A stretch of 64,000 nt of DNA. Source: Paragordius varius. Lineage: Eukaryota > Animalia > Nematomorpha. The notes beneath the pieces were generated by a model. It made no database searches, was not told where the DNA came from, and saw nothing but the letters and a program-made list of their open reading frames with translations. The stretch spans positions 2,170,001-2,234,000 of the forward strand of contig OZ176056.1 of assembly GCA_964247055.1 (NCBI GenBank), given 5' to 3'. Position numbers and translations under genes: made by a program. Positions 39,991 to 51,557 of the stretch are shown here, piece after piece (within the stretch, counting starts at the first letter, position 1; each line of letters starts with the position of its first letter).

Positions 39991-41654
39991 ATCATTTCTG
40001 TGCAAAGTTGATTAGATATTACGGGAACATTAGTAATTTTAAAAAAGGCGACATCATTAAACTCTATGGCTATAGCACTTCGAACTACTAATCTCATCTC
40101 TATTTATTGGATCATTAATTAGGGTTTTAGTCATTATTATTTGGGGGTACCGTTATGTTTGTGTTGCATACACTTTTTTCAATGTTATGATCAGATTTTT
40201 TCGTTAAATAGATTTCATACTCATTCGCATTATATTTGTTTTATTCTCATCCTGAATTTTTCTTTTCCTATTGCTAAATCGCTAATTTAGGCATTGATAT
40301 CTGATGAAATGAAAGTAATTATAAAAAACATAAGGCTATAATAACACTAGACGACAAATTTTAACTTTTTTTAACTGCCATTCTTGTAAATTTAAAATTT
40401 ATTTCATTAAAGTACATAATTAGTATATCTGAAAAGAAAATTGGTCTAGCATGCAAGATTTTTTTTATATTAGAGTTTATTGATAATTTTTGGCCCCGAT
40501 TTAACATTAAACTCGAAATTTCGAAAATTTTAAGTTTTAGATATGAAGCCATGTATTTTATATCATTCGAAAGAGCGCAAAAAACTGCATCTTTTAAATG
40601 GTAGTAAGTCATTTAAATCAATCGGATGTAAAAGTTATTTGGATTTAAATGGTCGAAATTTTCAATCCTTAAATAAGTCAAGAATTTTCACAAACTAATT
40701 TGAAAATCATATAAATTATTTTAATATAATTATTAGGGTTATATTAGTATTTTATTTAAAAAAATGTTTGGCAAAGCTTTTGGTTTGCTTTTTAAATAAA
40801 AATTATTATTATCATAAATATACCTAGTGGATACTAAAAGGCATAGTTATAACTGTAAATTTATTACATAATGGCTATAAAAGATCAAAAATATCTTAAA
40901 GTTTGTTTTTATCTTTAAAATTTTGAAATTTTCAGCCACGTAAAGAAAATAAATTAATATTGATGAGATGGTAATTTTCAAAAAACTTAAAAATGGCTGT
41001 TTTGAGTGACATAAAAGCAATAAAAAAATGTTCTAATCAAAAAAACTTTCTTGTGTTATCTTTTTTGGACATTCATCACCATCTAAACAAAGTTTGAGCT
41101 ATTTTCATCCATTAGTTTTAAAAATATAATAATTAAAAAAAAATGCTCTCGCTTCGCGCTTTTGTCGCTCTTTGTGTCCAATATTAACTGTCGATGTAAT
41201 ACATATTAGTATGCATATTATAGAGTTTTCATTACTCTTTCGAATGATATATTACAAATGCGCATTACTTGTATATTTTCAAAGAAAAACATTTTTTAGT
41301 AAAATTTTGATAAAGAGGGCGCATAATCAAAAAAATCAAATTATACAAAATTCTTCCAATGAGTTATAATTTTTATTTCATATTTACTGTTAAAATGATA
41401 CTAAATATCAGAAAATGCAAAAAACTCGAGTGGCAGAAAAATTTGTTGTCCAGTGTAATAATAAAGCCTACCTTGTTAGAGATGGAATGAACTTGGGATT
41501 TAAATAAACAAAATGGATTTTGAAATTAAATATGTAAAATGAAAATGTAATTATAAATTTTATATGAATAAGGGATAGATAAGGTTTTAAACAGAGAGAG
41601 AAGTTAAAAAAGGCAGAGAGAATTAACAATATATGCGTGATAAAGAAACGTTTT

Positions 41655-42197
41655 TTAACATTTCGATTCAAATTGGGGCATCTAAATACCTCAGACAATA
41701 TTTAAGTTGATATTTTTAAAAAACTGCTGAAAGAAACGTTCTAATTTAAATTTATGCTTCTATCATAATAAAATTTATATAAATAAGCCAAAATATCTAA
41801 ATTAAATTTAATTTTTGAAAAAAGTTCCGTATCAAACTACTTGGACGCCATTTTTTATTTTTACAAAATATTGTGTTTACTTGATTCTTACCCTAAAATT
41901 TGGTTTGCCTTTTTATTAAAATTCCATTTATTATTATATAAAAAAAGAAGCGGTATATTGTGCTTTATTTTTAGATTTAGCTTATGCACACATATGATGT
42001 TAGCTAAATTTTACATTGGGGTTTTACCTCAGAATAAGTAATATCAAGTATTTTTAAATGATTTTTTTATTATATTTCGCTTCATTAATGTTATATAAGT
42101 GCAAACTTTTGCCATGGTTTTAATTTATTCCATATTTTTTAAAATATTTAATTGTAAACAAGCCTGGAGTATACCACAATTTGAATCGAAGGACTAA
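41655..42197 (+). mobile_element. piggyBac-type MITE, copy 1 (copy 2 at 58513-59052)
   Basis: TTAA followed by CATTTCGATTCAAATTGGGGCATCTAAATACC; right end TTTGAATCGAAGG. The interior is colinear with 58513-59052. Confidence 0.7.
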
Positions 42198-42407
42198 AAT
42201 GAATGAAAGTTGCTTTTTGCATAATGTTTGCTTTCAATCTCTATTTTTATATTTTAGGGATCATTACATAGATTGCTGAAAATTACTTGAAAGTTGTTAA
42301 TATTTTTTCATAATTTAAATTTAATCGAAAAAATCATTTAGGCACCCCTATATAACGGCGCCCGGAGCATGATGCACCCCCTTGCCCCCCTCGGTACGCC
42401 ACTTAAA

Positions 42408-42616
42408 TGTTACGCTTGAGCCATTCATTTATTAAGTTTCGCTAATGATGGAACTTAAATGCAAAAATGATGAATTAATGATAACTAATTCCTTCAAATT
42501 GAAGGCAGCCAGCTCAGCTCAAAAAATCATTATTAATAGAATTAAAACACGAGGCCATTACAGTCACCATATATTTAATTAATGCAATAAATTGTGGGAA
42601 AAAGCAAAAAGTTGAA
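42408..42616 (+). repeat. ~210-bp dispersed repeat, copy 2 (see 17865-18082)
   Basis: Direct similarity to 17865-18082; preceded by a hAT-like right end ..CCTCGGTACGCCACT (42403). Confidence 0.85.
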
Positions 42617-43655
42617 TATTAACTATGCTGTCATTCAATTAATAATATACAATTTTAATTAATCAAGAACATCTATAGTAATACCTTAAAAATATCTCAA
42701 TCAACGAGATCCTTTATCTGCATTTTTCAAAATATTTTTTAGATATCGGTGAAAATTTTGATAATTCGCACCTGAAATCCTTCAATTTGTTCTAGTTCCA
42801 TTTTTTAATTAGATTCGCCAAATTTTTCGCACCCCCTCCCAAGATTTTTCTACGCCCCCTTTTGCATTGCATTAGGGTTATGTGGTTGATATAAATTTTA
42901 CCGACCTTAAAAATAATCCATACTAAAATAATAAATGATTAAAACTATTAGAATATGGTTAAATTATTAACGCTAATAAAAGCTAAAAATGATTTAATAG
43001 TTTTACTAAATTTTTGTAAATATAATATTTTTCCATATTTTTTAGAAAGCAGCTGGCTATGGGTTAAATAAGTAAAGCGGTTGAGAAATTACAAGCAAAT
43101 TAAAATCTCTACAGGATTAAGTGTGATATGATGTTACGAATAAATAATTAAACTACATTTCATAATACGGTGTATCCCTGCGATTATAACAGATTAATAG
43201 CTATAACATTTTTTTAAATATTTTAAACAGGGACAATATAAAACGAATAGCGAACATAATTTGTATTCTTGTAAAATAACGTATGAATTTTTATGTTTAC
43301 CATAAAATATTTAAACGTTATAACAGTCAATTACCTGATGCTTACTGCTATACCAAATTTAAACAACAAAATATATTTTATAATTGAATTGTCTAGGTTT
43401 ATATATTATCCATGAAAATGCTGATTGTCAAAGTTGCATTGTAGAATTCGAATTTAAAAAGTGTTTAAAGTTATAAACGATTAACTATTCTATTTGATAG
43501 TTAACAAATTATTAATACCGTTATTTAAATTAATATATTGAAGATGCCAAGTTTAGGCATATTAATCGCTAAAATAAAAATAAATATATCATTTATTAAA
43601 TAATCTTTTGTATTTTAAATGCAAAACTCAAATATTAAATTTATAAATTGACACT

Positions 43656-44435
43656 TTATATGTCACTGCTTTTTAAAGCAGATAATTCAGAAATAAAACT
43701 TTTGGCTTTTCTTGTCATCATAAATGAAGATGTGGATGATAATTTAGTATCTGAGATTTAAAAAAATATTAAGAAACTGTTTGTTTGAGATATTGTAGCT
43801 AATATAGAGCTAAGTGGTTCAATGAAACTATTTTTATCATCCAAATAAACTATATGATGGTTAACTCAAAAATATAATCAATATATCTCAAACTTTTTTC
43901 CTTAAATATCCAAGTTGGAATGGCGAAACTATCCCTATTCACCTTTTCATTCGCTTGTGAGCGATTAATAAATGACCCAATTAAAATTGTTGGAATCTTT
44001 AAAATTATGTGTAAATGAATTACATCCTTTTTATAACGTAAATTTTCCAAATCTTGTTTAACATAATGCAAATCTTCGGTATATTTTGGTTCTAAATGTC
44101 TCCGAGTAGCATTGTAAAAAAATATAATGCCCTATATTTATGCCTAAATTTACATCAAGATTGTATAGATATTCAGCTAAGTCATGAATTTTATCCTGTA
44201 ATGATTTAAAAATTCTAACTGTAGATTGAGTATCATAAAAATGCAATCGATCCTTATTCCCCTTCTCATATTCAACATAAAAACTGTAGGTATCATCTAT
44301 AGTAGGCCGATACTAAATTAAAATAATTAATACATGATATTTTTCGATATTAAAATTATCTTCTGATAAAGCGTTAAGAAATATTGTTTTTCCACTCTGG
44401 CTTCGTCCAAACACACCAATTTTTAATGTTTTCAT
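43656..44435 (-). CDS. NKIRAS: kappaB-Ras (NKIRAS)-like small GTPase, ~209 aa, 7 exons
   Basis: Exons 44435-44334, 44312-44220, 44195-44154, 44131-44024, 43996-43894, 43864-43778, 43750-43656; introns of 21, 24, 22, 27, 29 and 27 nt, all GT-AG. Protein: MKTLKIGVFGRSQSGKT (P-loop)..YRPTIDDTY..VEYEKGNKDRLHFYDTQS (cf. NKIRAS VETDRGVKEQLHLYDTRG)..DGIIFFY..KKDIPTILIGS (cf. KKEVAIVVLGN)..W..EK..DDKNSFIEP (cf. TDRKTLIEP)..ISQ..SSF..RKAK. The comparison is from recalled human sequences. Confidence 0.85.
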
Positions 44436-44693
44436 TCTATCATGTGCGTTGTGCTAGAAATCGAGGCCTTTTCAATAAGAAAATTGGGGTTTATCATGAT
44501 TATATATAATATATATGATGTTTTTGATATTATACGATTAATTTATGATAAATAAAAATGAAATTTTATAGATTTTAATTATTAATTCTGCGCTCCAAAA
44601 ATTCAAATTTTTCATGCTTTACCTAACAATGAGTTAATTACATAAAAATCAAGTAAAATCAAATTTTACGATTAATTTTACAATATTCTTGAT

Positions 44694-46266
44694 CAGGGCT
44701 TCTTAAACTATGGGTCGCGACCCCATTTGGGCTTGCGTAGCAAAATGATGGGGTAAGTGATAAAAATATCATTTAACAAAAAATGTTTATCGTAGATATG
44801 AATATTATAAAATCTTCTGGTTGGGAAAGGCTGTTCATACCAGCATCTCTATTCCGATCATTATAATCTATAAACATGGAAAATTCTTGCTTTGTGATCT
44901 GTTTCCGGAAAACCGGTAGACCCATTCAAACCCAAATAAAAATATAATCATTAATGAATGCTTCGACGATAGCTTCGCATTTTTTGAATTAGGATCCCTG
45001 TTCGGGCCAACCCCATTGTAGAAACAGGTTTTTTGAAAACAGAAGTCCAAAAAAATTGTGTCTTTGAGACAATTTTCCGGAAAACGTGTTGTATTCTCGA
45101 TTTCAAATATGATTTTTACTTTTTTTCAATCGCACTTACTTTTTTAATATAGGCTCTCTTTTTAACCGTTTCCTCCGTAAAATGCCATTTTTTTTAAAAC
45201 TAAATAATTCCAGGGTATGAGACTGTTAAAATTCATTCGAGTTATTCTCTGTTAAAAGGCAAAAATTTTAGTCTTGCGTTTTGGTAATATTGGCTGCTGG
45301 GTAAACAGATAGCCGCTAAAACTGCACCACTATATGTAAATTGCGTTGTTTTGGAGCTAATTTACAGAAAATTTATGGAGCCATATGAGCTCATTTAAAG
45401 CTTGAAATATTACCCGTAACTAAGTAAAAATTAAGGTCGAGTTTTTTTATTAGCCGTTAATTTGGGGCCTTTATGCTCTAAAACGTCATCATATAACGAT
45501 TATTTAGTGTTAAAGTATTTTTTCGAATTACCCATGAGACGATGGCATCAAAGATGATTCCAAATATTTGCCCTATAAAGAATATAACTCAGCGCTTTTT
45601 CCATTATATGGGTAGGAATCTACCGGTTTAAAACAGAGACGCCATACAAAATAGGCGTAATTTTGGAATTTTTAAAAATATTAAGAAGCCATACGACAGT
45701 GAATTTTCTGTGCAATTTGTATAATATCATTCTTTCCCTTAAAAAGTGACCACAAATGAATTACTTTTTATATCCCTTGATCCCAGCTGTGTGAACACAT
45801 TTTTAAATTAGAACTTTAACCATGATTTCGTAAAACTAAAATCTTAAAATACCAATGTTGAAAACTTTAATAAGGGACCGATTGGTCACTTTCGAGTACA
45901 CAATGTTTCAGCCTATGCAAAAACTCGTAAAAGAATAATTAAAATCATTTTTACCAAATATGTTTATTATTATTTATTTACCATTAATTCTATTTATTGC
46001 AAATTAATAAGAATAGTCGGTGAGACTACACAAAGTTTGACAGGGCAAGTCTCTTGTATAAATTTACTATGAATCAGAAAATGTTATAGAAATTTATACA
46101 AAAAATGTAGATTTATTTTTGTCAATCTATCAAACCCGAAATAATCCTGAAATATTATCAACAAAATTTCTAAGTGTAATTTCAAAGAAACTATTAATTT
46201 CTTTTATATTTTGGGCTAGTCGCAATCATAAATGGGGTCGGGAACTACAAAAGTTTAAAAAGCCTG
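44694..46266. mobile_element. hAT (Charlie-type) MITE interrupted by nested insertions
   Basis: Left end CAGGGCTTCTTAAACTATGGGTCGCGACCCC; right end GGGGTCGG..AAAAGTTTAAAAAGCCTG; 8-bp flanks TTCTTGAT vs ATCTAGAT (6/8 match, nTCTAGAn-like). Confidence 0.65.
44870..45700 (-). mobile_element. Nested element related to 62400-63900 (inverted)
   Basis: TTTGTGATCTGTTTCCGGAAAACCGGTAGACCCATTCAAA (from 44891) is the reverse complement of ~63847-63886. The stretch 45310-45490 matches the ~300-bp subrepeat of 62450-63550. Confidence 0.75.
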
Positions 46267-48698
46267 ATCTAGATCAATGGTTTTCACTAAAAATATTTCA
46301 AGAGCCGAATAAAATAGTTTTTGACTCAAGGGGCGAATACCATAAAATACCGACAAATGCTGCATAGCTTGTTGACATTATAAGAATTAAGAATAATTCA
46401 GGGTTTTAAAATAGCTCTTACCCCATGCGGTCGTGGGCCGTGGTTTAAGTACAGTTCAAGTGTTTTGGTTTCGGGCCTTATTAATGTTATAAAAAAACTA
46501 TTTTTTTTTGGGGGGGGGGGTGTGCGCTATATCGTAAAATGGTTTGCAAACATTTAATCTTTTGGAAAAAAACTTTCAATAATTACTACTAAAATATATA
46601 AAACTATATATAAAGAAGCAACCATCTTTTATTAAATTTTAAATGTGGGCCTTTAGAGTCTTACAATTTTAAATCTGCTTTAGGACAAGCTTTCCTCAAT
46701 TAATGTTGCGCGATAATGCGGGCTAAGTTTGACCCCAAAACTCACTAAAAAATTGGGGATTTAGCGCAAAAATTAAATTAGCAAAAATTTGGTAAATCAA
46801 AAACATATGATTGTCGAAAACTTAAAAAACCTTTTAATATTATATAGCTCAAATTATTAATTATGCAACTTTTGATAGGGAACTGCCATAGAAGTAAAAA
46901 TAATTTGTTTAACAATGCGTAAGTTTAAGGAGGAAAAGCATAATAATCCACAAAATTATCAATAATAAAATTATAATAAAAATAATTAAAAACTATTTGA
47001 CAGTTAAGGCGATTTTACACGGGGGATAGTTTCGAAATATGTATAAATAATATTTAGTCTTTAGCAGTATTTATATTTTTGCATACTGTATTTACCGAAG
47101 ATGGGACCTCATTCAGAGGTTAAAGTGCTAAAATAAAATATTTATAATACGGGGGAAAATTGAAACGATAATAGAAATCTCCTTGGTTTCTGAGTGGTTG
47201 CCTCTAAAGCACATTTTTTATATTGTCCATTTCACAGAGTTCGCCTGAAGGATCATTAAAAAAGGACTAATTAAAATTTTAGCCGTGATAATGTCAACAA
47301 ATAATATTATTGTCATATGATACTTTGCTTATTTAAAAAGTTATCAGTGTATATGATGCATTTACAAAAGAGCTGAGATAAATATTTAATTTAAAATTAT
47401 TCTACCCACCCATCGGATTATTTACGAGACCGTGAGAAAAATTTTAATCTTTAAAGTGAAAATAGGTAAAACTCTCATTGAATACATATCGTTTCATGGG
47501 TTTTATGAAAATTTTTTAAAGTTACTATTATATGGTAATACAGTTTAAAAAAAGAGGCTGACTCAGCGTTAATTTGGCTTTATATTGAAATAAATCATTA
47601 TTTTTTATTTTCAAAATTATTTGTAAAAAACCTATTTGAAGGCTAAATATAGGGGTTTTAAGAGGGGCCCACATAGATTCGTCTCATTCGTAAAAAATCA
47701 ACTGTAATGAACACATAATAGGAACGCGCTTTAAGTTTGATATTTTGGGTATATTTTTAAAAAAACTCTATTTTCAGACAAACTTAACTGAGGTTAGGAC
47801 TAAATAAACTATTTTTTATTTTAAGGTAGGGCTACGTGGTAAAAAAAATGACAGATACAACATTATAATTAGTATAAATAAATAGATCGAATAAGAATTA
47901 ATAAAAATTTTATTTTCCAAATATATTATAATTTATAAAAACGGTCTGGGCTCGTTTATCACACAAAAATATAATGAGGTGGTAAAATTAAGAATTTTAA
48001 TGTCGTCAAATGGTAAATAATTTGTTTATTTCTAACTATTTCTTTTATTTAAATGTTGCAAATTTTAATATATAATTTAAGAAAAAAATCATTTACTTTA
48101 AGGAACTTATTTTATAGATAAAGCTGAGTCAAATAATTAATCCTCATTACTATCAGCCAAATTATTATAGCTTGGTTACAATTGATATCCCTATAAATTA
48201 ATAAAAAATTACAAAATTTTTCCATTATTAATATATTTATATAATTACTTTATATTAAAAAATTATTTATTTAGCTAAATACATTAGTGATTACTTTATT
48301 GTTAATTATAAAATATGTATAAAATGGGCATGTATTTAATTAATTGGTAATAATTATATTTAAAATACAATTAAGTTGAATTAATTAAAAGTTTTTAAAA
48401 GTTAAAAATGAATATCAGTAGGCCTTTGATACCTGTTTAGCATAAGCCTACCAATTCGCAAAAAAACCGCGATGATGCTGCAAGCAAAAAAATAAATAAT
48501 TTGTTTCTCCATATTTTAAAATCATGTAATGTATGTGAATCCGAATAGACCCTTAGGGATAATTTTCCGTATTATATAACAAGAAAAAAGTTACTAGTTT
48601 TACAAAGCATATTGTAAAAAACTTAATAATTAATTTTCCATCAAAGGCATTCCATATAAATCCTGTAATAATGTGCAAAATATAGGCATAATATATCA

Positions 48699-49028
48699 TT
48701 AAAATGTCGAATTTGGTGTATTTATACATTTCAAAATATCATCAGACACTTTAAATGGCGATCGGATGAGTTGCTTGAGATCTTCAAACACAGCACTGTC
48801 ATCGAAATTATTTTTTGCTTGAGGATTTATCCTACAATATTCTTGATGAAAATAAGTTAACCAAGCTGCATGCATATGAAGAGCGTAGGCTCCAGCTTCT
48901 TTTTTCAAAGGTGTCTCTTGATTATAATAAATACCGGCATTCCTATTTTCTGGACAATTATATTGTGTTACAGCAGAATGTTGAGACGAAAATGGATATA
49001 TATACTTATCGGAATCATCAAAATCCAT
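48699..49028 (-). CDS. Hypothetical 109-aa protein (MDFDDSDKYIYPF...), divergent from the AKR gene
   Basis: True ATG, open for 109 codons in a GC-richer island with protein-like composition. No homolog recognised. Contains internal GT..AG stretches of 18-30 nt that could be tiny introns. Confidence 0.5.
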   Translation of the reverse strand: MDFDDSDKYIYPFSSQHSAVTQYNCPENRNAGIYYNQETPLKKEAGAYALHMHAAWLTYFHQEYCRINPQAKNNFDDSAVFEDLKQLIRSPFKVSDDILKCINTPNSTF

Positions 49029-49085
49029 GGAGGCCTTACTTCTTTTAACCTTACATATGACTTATTGCAAATATTTGGATAGCAA

Positions 49086-50792
49086 ATGCAAAACACAATT
49101 GTGCTAAATTCTACCAAGGAACTTTCAAAAATATCAAGTTTTAATTTTCTTTTAATAATTACAGCTGCCATATTTGATGCCAAAACGATCAAAAATGCTT
49201 ATGATTTTGGATATCGTTCCTTCAGTACGACTTTTTAACATTTTTTAGTTATCGATGACTTCAATAATACATCGGTGTTTGTGAAAGATTCTGGAGTAAA
49301 TAGAGAAGATATAACAATAATTACACATATTGGTAAAATTTATAGCCTTATCATGTTTTATTAGAAATGACAGCAAATCACATAATGGAGTTAAAATCTG
49401 CCATTGCAAATAATTGTTTTGATTATATTGATATTTTGGTTGTGAATCATCCTCCTGAATCCACGAATCATAATTTCAAAGATAAATTTACACAATTGTG
49501 GAAAATTCTTGCCGACTTTAAAAATCAAAAATATATTTATGATTTGGGTTTGGCAAATTTTACCGACATTAAAATGATTGAATACATTTTGGAATGCGTT
49601 AAAAAGTTTGGGCGTACAGAATTCCCGAAACCCGTTGTGAATCAAGTGCAAATAAACCCCTTATCGTTTCCACAACAATTGGTTAAGTTTTGTCACGAAA
49701 AAGGGATACAAATTGCGACATGTGGTTTGTTCGGAGGTTAGTTTTTTTAAAAAATAATATTTGTTGCTAAAATTACGATGAAAATAATATTAGTGTGATT
49801 AGTGGTTTTATTATAAAATGTATTGAAAATAAATATACTTTGAAAATTTATTTCCGTAATTTTATTTTTAAACAATACATTGTTTAAATACCGCGGTATA
49901 AAATATTGGGTTTAGGGTTAACTTAAGATTACAAACCATATTTATCTTGCCATGGAAAATGATAATGACGTTGATATTAAAACCATAGTTTATTAGATTT
50001 TAAAACCAGAACGGAGCCTACTTTATATTATTTATAACTATAGGTTTTCTATTTTAGAAGTGTTCAAAATTAATTTTAAATTCTAAAAATTGTTATTTTT
50101 AACGATAGTTTTAATTTTTACTTATCTATTTATTTTTATATATAATTAGGGTCCTCCCATATAGCTCATATCATAAAATCTCCAGCTATTATTGATGTTT
50201 CAAATGACATTTTACAGACTATAGAACGGGATCAAACAAATACTAATGAATTTGCGGTCCCAAAAGACTCAAATAATACAGTATAAATTAAATTTTTAAT
50301 AGGCAAAATTTAATAGGTAAAGGACTTTCATTTTGTGTAAATCTTATTTTTAATCCATGTATCTTACTATATAACATATGTAATTAAAACCGACTTATCA
50401 TTAAATTGCGATATATTTACCAATTTAAATTTTTATTCCCTTTTATAATTGTAAGTAAAAGAGTATGGTGTTTATACATAAAAACTATTTGTTCCCTTAC
50501 TCTTTATATGTTTTGTCTTTCTATAGTATACTTAAATCTTTTTTACTGTAAGGTACAACAAGATGATAGCACATTTTTCACATATGACGCATTGACTGAG
50601 GACCAAAAGATGCAATTTAATGCTGAAGTTATAATACAATGGGCACTTCAACATGGCTTTCTTTTATGGTTAAATGCTCAGAATTTGCAACATCTAAAAA
50701 CCAATTTAAAAGACGTTCAATCGCCTTTTACCCTAAATCCGGAGGAAATGAAAAAATTGGATGAAATGCATAAAAGACATGATAGGACCTGA
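49086..50792 (+). CDS. Aldo-keto reductase-fold protein, probably catalytically inactive, ~312 aa (321 if the first intron is retained)
   Basis: Exons 49086-49137, 49165-49224, 49249-49332, 49365-49736, 50150-50280, 50553-50792; introns of 27, 24, 32, 413 and 272 nt. Motifs: MQNTIVLNS; IKNAYDFGYRSF; SGVNREDITIITH; YIDILVVNHP; LGLANF; KPVVNQVQINP..QQLVKFCHEKGIQI; AEVIIQWALQHG; FTLNPEEMKKLD. Confidence 0.88.
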
Positions 50793-51557
50793 GTTATTTT
50801 GATATCGGCACAAATTTATATTTGTTAAACTTTTAATTTTTTGCATCAAATGACGAGAGATGTAAATTAGAAACAATTATATTTTTCTTAATTGTGTTCT
50901 AAGAACTTATTTTTTATGTTTTGTCATTATAATTTAATTTTTACTGTATGTCCCGCTTTATATCAGCAATGATTTGGAAAAATAGGGTTAAAATATGTAA
51001 ATAAAGTTTATTGTAAGATCCCCTAAATAATAAAGTTAAGATATATTTTTAGAACTTAAATATTTTATATAGCCAATATTATCGATGTTAACATTGATTT
51101 AAAATTATTCTAACTAGATACTCTCCAACCCCATATATCTCAATCATACATTTATAGGTTATTTGCAAAAAGTTAAATGATTTAAATATGTTTAACTTTT
51201 AGTTGATGTTTTTAATTAAATACACTTTTATTTCACATATATTACTTGTTAACTTTATATTATTTATAGTATATTTTAGCGAAATTTATCAATGAAATTA
51301 TATGATTAATTTATTGTGCATATATAAGAATAATTAAAAATTTGCAATCTCAAACACATTCCTTTCATTTATGCTCAAATATCACTGCCTCACTTTTGTA
51401 TATCAATCATCATAAATTATCTAATTTAATATGTATCTAAAATATTATTATAGCAAATCATGGAAAATTATTTTAAATATAAATTATTTAAGAATTTTAT
51501 TATATTTGCAACACAATAATAATTTAAAAGCCTTTTCCAATCTTATATATTTATTTA

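Noticed and set aside
48815-49192. Track ORFs 48815-49048 (+), 48870-49082 (+) and 48968-49192 (-)
   Set aside because: They are overlapping shadow frames of the 109-aa ORF/AKR island with alternative starts and no recognisable motifs.
49086-50792. GCLM (glutamate-cysteine ligase modifier subunit) assignment for the AKR gene
   Set aside because: There is some resemblance (VVNHPP, KPVVNQV), but it keeps the canonical AKR N-terminus (GYR, REDI) and C-terminus (QWALQ.G, F.L..EEM..LD) that I do not recall in GCLM. Left at family level.
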